Numbered from the stretch's first letter, positions 26,161-38,441 are shown. The stretch is 64,000 nucleotides of DNA from Octopus sinensis (GCF_006345805.1 NC_043000.1:140244001-140308000); one strand, 5' to 3'. Made by a program: numbers and translations. The notes: generated by a model from the sequence alone, not told the origin.

Positions 26161-27135
26161 TAGGGTTTGGACAAAATAATGGAAACACCTAGCATCATAG
26201 CATCATAATTCTGAAATATCTATAAAACCATCAAAAGCTTGTTTATTTTAATGCTTTTTGATTTATTATTAGTGTAGCTTAATATGTTTTGCTAAAATTG
26301 CTGTTTCTTTTCAGATATCATCAGAAAAAAGAAATTAAAATTCATAAAAATGACAGATCTATCGAACTTTCAAAGATATCAAATTGTTGGTTGCTCCTAT
26401 GACAGATGCTAGCAAAATGAAAACAGTCAAAATGTTTGGTGTATCTAAAATGTTTGAGAAAGAAGGAAAAACCTCCTCATCAAAACAAAACTCCAGAAGG
26501 AAACCAAAACTTTTAGATAAAGATTGTTGGATTCTTAGGTGAATTGTTTGAAAAGATCACAAAAGAACAGCTCCCAAAATTACTGCAGAGCTTAATGACC
26601 ACCTTGAAAACCCAGTTTCCACAAAAACTGTTCACTGGGAGCTGTACAAAGCCAGATATCACAGGAAGGGTGCAATCAGAAAACCACTACTTTAAAAGAT
26701 TAAATGTTGCAAAGTGTTTAAAGCGGAGTAAAAATCTACAGATCCCTAGAGCAGTGGGAGAATGTTATTTTCTCAGATGTGTCATACTTTACCTTATTTC
26801 TGACCACCAGTCGACTATACGTGTAGAAACAGCCAAAAAAAGCATTTGACCCAGACTGCCTTCTTCCAACTGTTAGACAAGGAGGAGGTCTGGAGGGCTA
26901 TATCTAGGAAATCTTCCAGCCCCAGTTTCTCTTCATGGCAGAATTGATAGTCAAGATTATATAAGCATTTTATCTGATCAAATTCATCCTATGCTTGTGG
27001 AATAGCTTTCAGGATGAAAATGCACCAATTCACACAGCTAAAGTTGTTACTGAATGGCATGAGGAACATTCTAGTGAAGTTGAACATCTTATCTGGCCAC
27101 CACAGTCCCCAGATCTCAATATTATTGAATATCTA
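26161..27135 (+). mobile_element. Tc1-family (DD34E-type) transposon, decayed, 3' end missing
   Basis: TA|..gggtttggacaaaataatggaaacacc left end. Peptides MTDLSNFQR, RKPLL, VIFSD, FQDENAPIHTAK, WPPQSPDLNIIE with stops and frameshifts. Confidence 0.92.
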
Positions 27136-27496
27136 TTTGTACATTTCAAATTATCAGCATGATAAAAATATTCAGAGCTTATGCTTTGATGATAGCAGAT
27201 TCGAAGGGATTTAACAATGGAACTTTTGTCACTTGTACATAAATCATATAGCCATTTTTGTAAGGTTTACATTTTTGTTGGATGTTCTTCTAGATTGTGA
27301 GATTAGTAGCATGTGGGTTTTTCAAATACCTGATGTAATTGGAGAGTTTTGTAACTTTCTGAGCTGTTTGGAAGACATATGCTTAAAAGAAAATAATGTG
27401 AATATCCTTTCAGCAATTTAAAAATTATTCTCCAGTATGTCTAAATTTCACTTGGTGAAATCTGCTATTCAGATGACTGCTGCAGTTTTAAATTAC

Positions 27497-27540
27497 CTAT
27501 TTAGTGCACATGTTCCAGTATTTCTGTATCCACAATTAAT
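27497..27540 (-). CDS. Putative 44-nt exon (INCGYRNTGTCALN, phase 0 to 2)
   Basis: tttcctacttattttcAG acceptor, TAG|GTAATT donor, one open frame. Confidence 0.3.
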
Positions 27541-28689
27541 CTGAAAATAAGTAGGAAATTTTATAAGGTATGAAACGTTTTGTGTGCTTGTATACATACA
27601 CACATAGGTATGTATGTGTGTGTATATGTATATTCAAATGCTGCTTTTTTTTGTTTTGATGATTGAGGAAAGGAGTACTGAAATGTAGAATATATAAGCA
27701 ATATATTTTAATAAATTTTCTTTCTCGCCAAGGTAAAACTCGGTGATGCAATAAACTATATGAAAACTAACATACTTCAAACGATCGGATATTGAAATCA
27801 TTTTCCAAACAAAAACATTTATATTATTTTTAATAGCATCCTGTGGATGAAAAATTAAATTTTCAGCCTTTTGACGTCATTATTGTTGAAAGAGTTTTTG
27901 GCAAAACAAGACACTTCATCAGCACATATAGTTTAAAATTATTAAAAAATCAATGATATCCACTTATATCCAGATTTTGTTAAGAGGGTAGCTCTGTTAT
28001 ATTTAGAAACTATATTTTTTATTAAAGTAATATTGGTTTTTGTGTAAACTAAAAAGAAACGAAACAAAATATGCATTCTTAAATTTCATTAAATATTTTA
28101 CTTTTAAATTTCCCATTGAAACTACGACGAAATATTTACCTGGAGTAAATACCTGGAGATAGCATTAAAACTGCAACTTGTATATAAAAACAAGATGAAC
28201 AACTACAAAAGTATATCTCATTCATAAGTACACCAATAACCTGAAGAATATAAGAAATAACCCAGTTCATAATATATCACTTTGAATCTATGTTCATATG
28301 AAACAATTTTTAAAGAACACTCTTAAATCTAAAGTGAAACTTTAAACATGTGAGGCTACACAGAAGAAATTAATTACCATATAAATTAATTATCATAACA
28401 AAACACTCGTGTAAACACAGAAACAAAATTAGAAACATAATCTGGTATCAGTTGAGTGAACACTGTAACTGTAGCTAATAATTAAACAATTACCTAGAAT
28501 TAAAACTTCTGTTATATTTTTGGTATGACACTTAACTACAAAATTGATAAATTACATAAGAAAATAAAAATCATTTGTACAATAATCCACAAATTTATCA
28601 CAATGGTAGATACTTCAAACCATAATAAATTAAACCAAAATCAGGTAAATTCAATGTAACAGATTGCACTTGCAATAGAAGAATTGCTT

Positions 28690-29620
28690 ACCATCTACTA
28701 GGAGAATCTATAGTGGAATAAAGAAAGAGTTTCAAGAGATGGAACCCAAACCTAGTATTGCGAGGTCTTAAAGTAATCCTAGTAAAGACTAAAGTCTTAG
28801 CAAACAAGAAAGAATACAGGATGCATCTACCTTAAGGGAACTAGTCTTGATAAATATGCAGAAAAGTAAGTATAAACTTCACATGCTGTACCCAAAATAA
28901 GTTAGTTATTGATATACAAAAGATGTTGTGGAATCACAGGCATACAGACAGGGAATGTAAGCGTTGTGTGAGACAGAGGCACTGAATCACTGCTTGCTAT
29001 GAGTGTACCAAAAATATGCTTACTTAATTGCCTGCATGACACACCAGATATGGATGATCTTTTTTTTGTTACCTAGGAGATGTAATTAGCAAGAGATGTG
29101 GTTGCTCTGAAAGTATGGTAGCCAGAGAAAGATGGGGTGAAGAAATTTCAAAGACCTATTACCACTGCTGACAAAATGGTCGTCTACCTTAAAGTATACT
29201 TTAGATTAAGGGGAGATTATATGGTGTTGGTGTTAGAAGTGCAATACTGCATGGTAGTAAGACATGAAGTTTGAATATAGAAGAGTAGAGAAAACTGCGA
29301 AAACAAACAGGATGTAAACATGCTCTGTGGAATGTATAATCTAAGTGTGCATGAATAATAAAGTATAACCATGGTGAGAAGAATACTGGGTAAAAGAAGA
29401 ATCAGATATAATTTACAAGAAAGAAACCTGTGCTGATATGGACATGTGATGCATATAGAGGGAGACAGTGGTATGAAGAAATGTTGAGTACTACATGTGA
29501 AAGAGAGAGACTTAGGAAGTCATGGGACCAAGTTGTGAATGATAATCTCAAGGCCTTGAACATCATAGAAGTTATCATAAAAAGCTGACAGTTGGTATAC
29601 AGTTCTTGAAAAGTCCTGCC
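28690..29620 (+). mobile_element. Old RTE-LINE ORF2 C-terminal fragment
   Basis: Decayed GLKVxLxKTKVL, GDVISK..GCSES..AR and GRPRKTW-type segments. Confidence 0.8.
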
Positions 29621-30541
29621 CATGGGCTGTGTGTGTGTGTGTGTCTGTGTGTTTGTGTGCATATGTTTGTGTGCGTGTGTGCATATATGTGTGCACAACT
29701 GGATCCTTAACCCAATTCCCTTTCTCTTCAAGAAACCCCCATGCCCACCACATCCTTAACTGCAACTCTTCCTTGGTACCACCACTTACTACCTGGAACC
29801 ATCTCTCTTATTATCCACTCTTCATACAATAATGCTGTTCTCTCTACTCACAGATCCCACCCTGACAGCACGATCAGTTATCTCTCCCCTACCTCCCGTA
29901 ACATACAATTCTCACTATACTCACGCACTACACCTACCTCTCTCTTTCTCACCCACTCAGGCAACCTTCCCAATATCATTTCACATTCAACATTCCCCTG
30001 TATATAGTAGTTTCATCGTTACTACTTTACTGCCTTGCACTATCTATCATCTATTCCTTGCTTTCTTCTGCCCCTTCTGCTCCATTCATTTCTACTCACT
30101 TGTTCCTTGATAATCCACTTTCACACCTCATGACCATAATTTTTTTTTTATCCCTCTCTAGCTCCACTCAATCTCTCACACACTCTCTTTAAAAATATGA
30201 GAAGTCATGTAACTCCTCAACAGAGTGACGCCTGTTCTGGTCTCTTGCAAACTGCATGGTGGCCTTATTAACACTGCCCAATACATGATTTAAAATGGTT
30301 CAGAAGGACATCCAAATGTAGAACCTTTGTCAAAGCAGATGTGATGAAGTCCTTTGGCCCATAGGATGCTCTCAAACCATGGCAAAATGGAACATGAATG
30401 TTAAATGATGATGAAGGTGATACGGGCACATATTCATACACACACACACACACATACACACACACACGCACACGCACACACACACAGATGATTATAGAAT
30501 AAGCTAACAAGTTTGTGGAAACAAAGATATACAGCCATATG

Positions 30542-31811
30542 TTAGGTCATCAAGTATGAAATTTGTAGTAAGGTATATAGTAAACTTTGACAGCTACTCA
30601 TTTTCACCATTATTATATTTTAACAATCTTTATTTTTTGATAGAATGCTGACACATCTATTTCTTTATTCTAACTTATTTTGCACTTTGTAAAGTATTTA
30701 TAAATCCTTTTTTGCTATTTTTATTTAGAGATGGATAAGTTGGTAATTTGTACAGTTTTGAAATATGAGTTCTTTCTTGGAATTACAGCACCACAGACAG
30801 CTCATATATTAATGGAGTATTTCATTCTAATGTTATTACACAGCAGACAGTATCAAATTGGTTCGCAAAATTTTGTTCTCGTAACTTTGACTTCACAGAT
30901 GAGCAATGCAGTCGATCAGAAACAAAGGTGGATAATGACAAACCGAAAGCCACCGTCGAGTCAGATCCATTTCAGAATTATCCTTGTTGTTTGGTGTTAG
31001 CAAGCAAACTATATTTACTCACCTTGTTCAAATCGGTAAAGTGAAAAAGTTAGATAAGTGGGTTCCACATGAACTCAATGAAAATCAGAAGCAACCACGT
31101 TTGGAAGACTGCATTACGCTACTTTCTCATCACAAAAAGGAATAATTTTTGAATCGAATTGTAATATGTGATGAGAAATGGATCCAATACAACAGTAAAC
31201 ATTCAGCACAATGATTAGACAAAGACGAGCCACCAAAATCCAGTCCAAAAAGCAAAATTCATCAAAAGAAGCTGATGGTGTGTGTTTGGTGGTATGGCGC
31301 AGGTGTGATCCATCATGATTTCATTAAACCTTGCTCATCAATCACAGCCGAAGTATACTGCAGCCAAGTGAACTAAATAATGCAGAAACTCTCAAAAAAA
31401 AAACAGCCTAGATTAGTCAATGGATCCACTCATATCTCATTGTAAGACAACCCTAGACCACACATCGCAAAAATGACATTGGCAAAACTACAGGAGTTGG
31501 AGTTGGAAGTTCTCCATCATCCACCATACTCACCTGATCATACCCCAACTGACTACCACATATTCCAGAATTTGGATAACTTTTTGATAGGAAATAAATT
31601 TAATTTTGACGATGCTGTAACACAGGCCTTCCAAGATTTTATTGACTCTAGATTGCAAAGCTTTTAGAATTCCAGGCTGGACAAGTTATCAACCACTGAA
31701 ATGGCATATACAATGTGGGTGCATACTTTGATGAATAAAACTATTCCTTGTATTTATAAAACATTAGCAAACAATTTTCCTTTTCTATAAATTTCATACT
31801 TGATGGTCTAA
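30542..31811 (+). mobile_element. Full-length (~1.27 kb) mariner transposon, inactivated
   Basis: 27-bp TIRs ttaggtcatcaagtatgaaatttgtag (30542-30568) and ctataaatttcatacttgatggtctaa (31785-31811), with TA at the right end. Transposase about 30731-31736 with WVPHEL, CDEKW, HPPYSPD..PTDYH; stops and frameshifts. Confidence 0.95.
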
Positions 31812-31825
31812 TAGCTATGTCTGCC

Positions 31826-31879
<54 letters not shown>

Positions 31880-32527
31880 CACACACATATACATACACCA
31901 TATATGTATTTGTAAATATATAAATATATTTGCACAAAACACATACGTACACACACACACACACACGCTCATGTATATACATATATATTAAAAATACATG
32001 CAATCACACTCACAAATACATGAGTGAGAACATATAAAGACAAATTGTGTATGTGCTTTTGTGTATGTCTGAGCATGTGAGTAGAGGCATATAAAGTTTA
32101 GTAGGTGGATGTATTACATGGTTTATTCTCTGTATCGTATTTAGATATATGATCAATTAACTGTTCATTCACTCACCCAAATTTATGACTCAGCATTTCT
32201 GCTTAGGTAATGATGTTGTTTATAAAACTATATAGTGTATTACTAACATATATGACATGGAATTCACAACCAGAAAGAAATTCTAATTATCATTCACAGA
32301 CGTAAATAAATGCAAATCAAAATATATTATGTTGTTCATGATATTTTGTGTAACGAAGTGCACAACACTGAAAAGGATATTATTACATGTGTAAAAAGTT
32401 TCAATAATTTAAACTTGCAAAAGATTAAGAATTATAAATAATATGAGTTATTTATGTATAAAATATATGTACACATATGTATATGTATGTATGTGTGTCT
32501 GTATACAGAGATACATACATACATACA

Positions 32528-32561
<34 letters not shown>

Positions 32562-32562
32562 C

Positions 32563-32624
<62 letters not shown>

Positions 32625-32658
32625 GAATGGAGCTGAACGACGAATTAAAATTCCTTTA

Positions 32659-32741
32659 TTTTCGACATATGTTTCGAAGGCTGCATATTCCTAATTGCGA
32701 AGGAATAAGGAGTACATTATGCCGCTTTCTCATCAGGAAAA
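32659..32741 (-). ncRNA. Type I hammerhead ribozyme (family B, left arm)
   Basis: ttttc CTGATGA gaaagc-(long loop)-gccttc GAA ACATATGT C gaaaa. Palindromic stem III, GUC site. Confidence 0.8.
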
Positions 32742-32852
32742 GCAAGGAACTTATGTCAACATCAAAATGCACAAAAAACTTTCAGATGGGCTCCGTGTGA
32801 GCAATCATCTGAAAGTTTTTTGTGCATTTTGATGTTGACATAAGTTCCTTGC

Positions 32853-32935
32853 TTTTCCTGATGAGAAAGCGGCATAATGTACTCCTTATTCCTTCGCAAT
32901 TAGGAATATGCAGTCTTCGAAACACATGTCGAAAA
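32853..32935 (+). ncRNA. Type I hammerhead ribozyme (family B, right arm)
   Basis: ttttc CTGATGA gaaagc...gtcttc GAA ACACATGT C gaaaa, then AATAAA. Confidence 0.78.
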
Positions 32936-33130
32936 TAAAGGAATTTTGTTAATTCGTCGTTCAGCTCCATTCTTTCATATATTTATATTATCAAAATAAA
33001 CATACAAATTTCCACACGAAAGCACGTAATCTAGGCACGTAACTTCAACCGTGTTTTTTCTGATGTGAATTTGATACCCAGGTATCGGTTATTTCGAATT
33101 ATCCTTAATAAGATAATTCATTCAACTACT

Positions 33131-33180
<50 letters not shown>

Positions 33181-33468
33181 TGTATATATTTACATGGTGG
33201 GCCAAAGCCAAGCAAAAATAAAGCAGAATTTCTAAAGAATCTTTCTAAAATTGAATTTTTTTTTTTAATTATGAATATACACACGTCTTCATTTAATACT
33301 GAATCCATCTCCTGTTAATTTTATTACTCTAACTGCCACTGCAGAGTTCCTGGAGTGCCACCAACAGAAGTGTACCACGACTGCAGAGGACAACAGGTAG
33401 CCTAAACTGTGGTGGTGCTCTTTGAACATTTAAACACACTAATCGACTTATACTTATTTGTCCAAATG

Positions 33469-33527
<59 letters not shown>

Positions 33528-33566
33528 GTACTCATACATATATATATTCATACTATATATGTATAT

Positions 33567-35080
33567 AAGATCCTGGACAGGATTTTACCTAAAATGCGTG
33601 AAGCTTCACCCCTTCCACTCTGGAATAGGACCTCCGAGGCAATAACTTGGTTCCGGGATTTACCTGACAAAAGCAACACCCGATTCCTACAATTAGATAT
33701 CGAGGATTACTACGCCTCCATATCGGAGAGCCTGCTGATCGACGCGATTAACTTCGCTAGGACGTTCTCCACCATCACCGAGGCCGAGCAAGATGTGATC
33801 CTCCATGCACGTAAGACTTTTCTTTACCACGACGGATCCCACTGGATCAACAAAAAATCTGTGACCCCCTTCGACGTCAGCATGGGTGCTAGCGACTCGG
33901 CTGAAATAAGTGACCTTGTAGGCCTTTTCATCCTCCATAAGCTGAAGACCCTATTCACAGGCCTCTCCGGTGGTCTTTACCGCGATGATGGCCTTTTTGC
34001 CCTCCACAAAATAAACCCCAGGACCACGGATGGGTTCCGGAAAAACCTTTACACTTTTTTTAAAAACTTAGGCCTTAGGATTACCTTAGAATCCAACTTA
34101 ACCAAAGCTAACTTCCTTGATGTTACCCTCGACTTAAAAACCTCACTTTATTACCCGTACCATAAACCAAATGAATCCCTTAGATATATAGACATTAATT
34201 CTAACCACCCCAAAAATATATTAGACAACCTTGTGAAAAGTGTCTCAATTAGAATATCTAGCCTGTCCGCTACTGAAGATATCTTTAATGCCGCAGCCCC
34301 CTATTACAACGAGGCCCTGGCCCGCAGTGGCTTTAAAGATAAGATCACCTACATTAGCATAGCCCCACGCCAACCCAGGAAAAATAGGCGAAGACACATT
34401 AGCTGGTACAAACCCCCTTCAACCGTGAGGTCGCTACACCTGTAGCTAAAATTTTCTTCACTCTCCTACAAAAACACTTCCCCAACAAACATAAGTACTA
34501 TACAATCCTAAATAAGAACACCATTAGACTCTCCTACTCCACCACGCCCAATCTAGCCAGGAACCTAGCCAACAATAACGTGAAAAAACTTAATAAATCT
34601 ACTTTTTCCGAGGCCCATCCAACATCCGAAAGCAATTTCAACTGCCCTGATAAAACCACTTGCCCCCTCAACAACAACTGCCTACAGAAGGACCTCGTCT
34701 ACACATGCGAGGTACGATCAGGCCCCGATGATAAAAGAAAATCGTACATCGGAATGACGTCAAACAGCTTTAAGACTCGTTGGTACGCCCACACACATTC
34801 GTTCCGGCGACCTGACAAATCTAACCAAACTACTCTCGCCGCCCACATCTGGTACCTTAAAAGGAACTCCATCCCCTTCAAGATCAAGTGGAGACTACTA
34901 CAGAGGGCGCGTTCGTACACAGGAGGCCATACCTGCTGTGACCTTTGCATTTCTGAGAGCTTGGAGATCTTGTTCGCCAAAGGCCCTCTCCTCAACAAGA
35001 TCTCGGAACACTCCCCAAATTGTATGCACAAAATTTATGCAAACTACAAAAACTACAGACCCACCCGGCAACCCGATTGA
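33567..35080 (+). CDS. Penelope-like element polyprotein: RT + C-terminal GIY-YIG endonuclease, 5'-truncated, one frameshift near 34415
   Basis: RT motifs LQLDIEDYY, FDVSMGASDSAE, GLYRDDGL, NFLDVTL, PYHKPN, SNHP. Restoring one base in the C-run gives WY(K)PPFN..KHFP. EN region CPLNNNC, LVY..YIG, FKTRWYAH, KWRLL, CDLC..E, CMH. Confidence 0.95.
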
Positions 35081-35637
35081 CGACAACCCACCCACAACCC
35101 ACCCACCCCAACCGTTCCCTCAGCACCCCCAATTACCTTCTCTCCTAAGACTATTCACATATTGTATATGTACACATGTATATATGTATAGATATGTATG
35201 AGTGTAGGTATGAATATACGTATGTATGTGTATGCGTGTATATGTATGTATATATGTATATATATATATGTGTATGTATATGTATGTGGATATATATATA
35301 TATGTACGCTTGTGTGTTTATGTATATGTAGGTATGTAGATTTATGTGTATGTGTATGTATGTATATATATATACATATGTGTAAATAGGTATATATGTG
35401 TATGTTTATATGTATGTATCCGTCTGTATGATGGGTAATTGCACGTATATATATTTATTATTTGAGTATGCATGTATGTATATATGTATATGTTTGTATG
35501 CATGTATGTATTTATGTATATATAGATGCGCGTGTGTGTGTGTATGTGTATGCATATGTATATACATATGTATACATTTATGTATGCGTATGTGTGTTGG
35601 TGTATATATGTGTATATATGTGTATTTGTGTGCGTTC

Positions 35638-35730
<93 letters not shown>

Positions 35731-36721
35731 TATATGCCTGTATACCTCTGTGTGGATGTATGTATGTATATGGGTGTGCGTACGGATGTATATGTATGTG
35801 TATGTAGATGTGTGTGTATGGTATGTGTATATATATATACATGTGTGTATATATGTGTATGTGTATGTATATATGTATGGGTATATATGTGTATATACGT
35901 GCATGTATGTATATGTATGTGTGTAGGTAGATATATGTAGGTATGCTTTTATGTACACGTGTATGCGTGCATGTGTGCTAATATGTACTTAAAGGCGTAT
36001 GGATGTGTATATATGCGTATGTATGTTTATATGCACAAATGTCTGTATATAGGCATATGCGTCTATATATGCGGGCAGAGGTTCATGTGTGTTTATGTGT
36101 ACTGAAGTACATTTATATATGTGGTTTTGTGTGTACATAGTTATGTGTACGTTTATGTGAGAGTCGGTACACTTATGTATGTATGAATATAACACGTACG
36201 TTTGTGTATGTGTATGAGTGTGCGTGTGAGTGTGTGGGCGTGTGTGAGTGTTTGTGTTCGTATCAGTGGGAAGAAAGATAGAAAGGAAGGGAGAGGGGCA
36301 ATAAATGGTTTCTTTAGGCCAGCTAGGCTAGCTCCCTCGGGAGGACCTTACTTCAGTGCCGGCCTGGTTCGTCGAGGTCAAAATAAAAATAAAAATAAAA
36401 ATAAAAATAAAAATAAAATTAAAATAAGGGAAGAAATGTGTGTGTATGTGTGTGCATGTATATGCATATGTATGTGTATGTATGTATATATATATATATA
36501 TATATATAAGTGTGTGTATGTATGTGTGTATATATATAGAGAGAGAGGGAGATGTGAGCGTGTGTGTATGGGGGTGTATATCCTCTTTTATATTTATTTT
36601 TATATATATGTGTAGATATATGTGTGTATGTATGAGTATGGGTATGGGTGTGTACGTAGATGTATGTAACTGGGTGCATATGTACATGTGTATATGGATG
36701 TATGTGTGTATGTGTATGTAT

Positions 36722-36787
<66 letters not shown>

Positions 36788-36993
36788 ATGTATATATATA
36801 TATATATATGTATAAGTGAGAGTCTCCTTATTTACCTAAAATTCTATTTATTCTTTTATCTACTTTATCACTGATTCCTTTGACCACTCCCCTAAGAATG
36901 ATAGTTTGCGCCATGCCTACCCCCAAAAGTCCCCCACCACCACCCCTTTAAACCTGCCTAAATGTATAAATGCCCAAACTATTCTTGTCACCT

Positions 36994-37044
36994 AGCTTCC
37001 TGATGATTTCTTTTGAATGAAACAGTTCTAGTCCTGTAGAAGCT
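36994..37044 (+). ncRNA. Type I hammerhead ribozyme (family A)
   Basis: agcttc CTGATGA tttc-tttt-gaat GAA acag-ttctagtc-ctgt A gaagct. 6-bp stem I, 4-bp stem III, GUA site, weak stem II. Confidence 0.82.
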
Positions 37045-37054
37045 CCTTCTATAA

Positions 37055-37122
<68 letters not shown>

Positions 37123-37149
37123 TCAAAATATAAATGCATATATATAGTA

Positions 37150-37388
37150 TGAATTATGGCAACATTCACCTACTTAAAGAAGGAGACCATCAAAAAGAGC
37201 TGCAGGATATTTTGAAGTCGTCTGGAGGCCGTACTTGAAGCCAATTGTGATTTTATTAAATAAATTTACTCTTTAGTATTTCAAGATATTTTAATGTAAT
37301 TTTGGTAAATATATCTGTTAAAATGAGATGTCAGTGATATTTTCATTTTTGCTTAATTTACACGACAGTTTATTCACAGCACCCTGTG
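37150..37388 (+). mobile_element. maT/DD37D-like transposon 3' remnant
   Basis: ..KETIK..CRIF*SRLEAVLEANCDFIK* C-terminus and a CACCCTG terminus at about 37380-37386. Confidence 0.6.
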
Positions 37389-37404
37389 AAGTAACATTTG
37401 CCTC

Positions 37405-37935
37405 TGGCCCTGCTGGAGCACCGTTTTAGTTGAACAAATCGATCCCAGGTCTTATTTTCGTAAGCCTAGTACTTATTTTATCGGTATATTTTGCTGAACT
37501 GCTAAGTTACTGGGATGTAAACACACCATCAGCAGTTGTCAGCGATGGTGGTGGGGGACAAACACAACCACACAAACACACACATACACATATGCATATA
37601 TATATATATATAATAATAATAAAGGTAAATAATTTTTTCGATGGTTTTTCAGACAACCAACAATTATTTACCAGTAGATTTCGATGTGTGTGTGTGTGTG
37701 TGTGTAACTTCAAGTTTCATTTCCTGCCTACCAAAGCCATCCACAAGGTTTGGCCACTCCACAGCTATGTATGTCTGTATATACATACGATGGGCTTCTT
37801 TCAGTTTCCATCTAACAAATCCACTCACAAGGCTTTAGTCAACCTGAAGTTATAGTAGAAGACACTTGCCCAAGGTGCTACATGGTAGGACTGAACCCGA
37901 AACCATGTGGTTGGAAAGCAAGCTTCTTACAACAC
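37405..37935 (-). mobile_element. SINE family S1 (with internal extra sequence)
   Basis: Tail and head blocks recognisable. Confidence 0.8.
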
Positions 37936-38309
37936 AAAAAACATTTATTTCTCTTTTTATATTGATGGATGCTTGAAAACTGAAAACCGACTGAAATCCT
38001 CTAAAATACTGAAACTAATAAAGAATCTGACAATGACACAGATCATCATTTCAGATCTACATATAGAAGGGATGTCTGAAGCAATGCAACATTTCTGAGT
38101 GTCATTTCATGGATTTTGTGTTTCTGTGTTGCTCTTCATAATTGCAGTAAATCCTTGATCACTCATATTGAGATTATCTAGATTTATATTTTCTAATAAA
38201 TATTAATCTTATCGCTAAACATTCTGCATAATCTTCCCTTCCAATAGAAGATCATGTCAAACAGTTGTGAGGCTTGCAAAGGCATAGAGTGCAAGCGTTC
38301 CTCCTTTGA

Positions 38310-38328
38310 CTAAATAATAATAATGATG

Positions 38329-38362
<34 letters not shown>

Positions 38363-38391
38363 TGATAATAATAATAATAATAATAATGATG

Positions 38392-38441
<50 letters not shown>

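Larger units (their letters stand above)
32617..32980. repeat. Near-perfect palindrome: ~172-bp arms, 17-nt spacer
   Basis: 32617-32788 is the reverse complement of 32806-32980 except for 2 substitutions and a 3-nt indel. Confidence 0.97.
33567..37062 (+). mobile_element. Penelope-like retroelement insertion: ORF, microsatellite-rich 3' UTR, hammerhead, AATAAA-like end
   Basis: Both ends abut TA-rich microsatellites; a same-strand hammerhead at 36994-37044 precedes ataaaataaa(TA)n. The link between ORF and hammerhead is inferred. Confidence 0.75.

Noticed and set aside
26305-26335. CTGATGA on the minus strand (similar isolated hits at 755, 6438, 17461, 27920 and 62872)
   Set aside because: No compatible stem II/GAAA/stem III/stem I arrangement.
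27776-27840. Stop-codon recoding by A-to-I editing to make the 65-nt exon read ..YKCFCLENDFNIRSFE into the next exon
   Set aside because: It would need two TAA codons each doubly edited to UGG; no evidence in the sequence.
29700-30180. C/T-skewed blocks (also 51050-51400) resembling the pyrimidine-rich leaders of the hammerhead elements
   Set aside because: No intact ribozyme core or RT remnant follows them, so they cannot be assigned.
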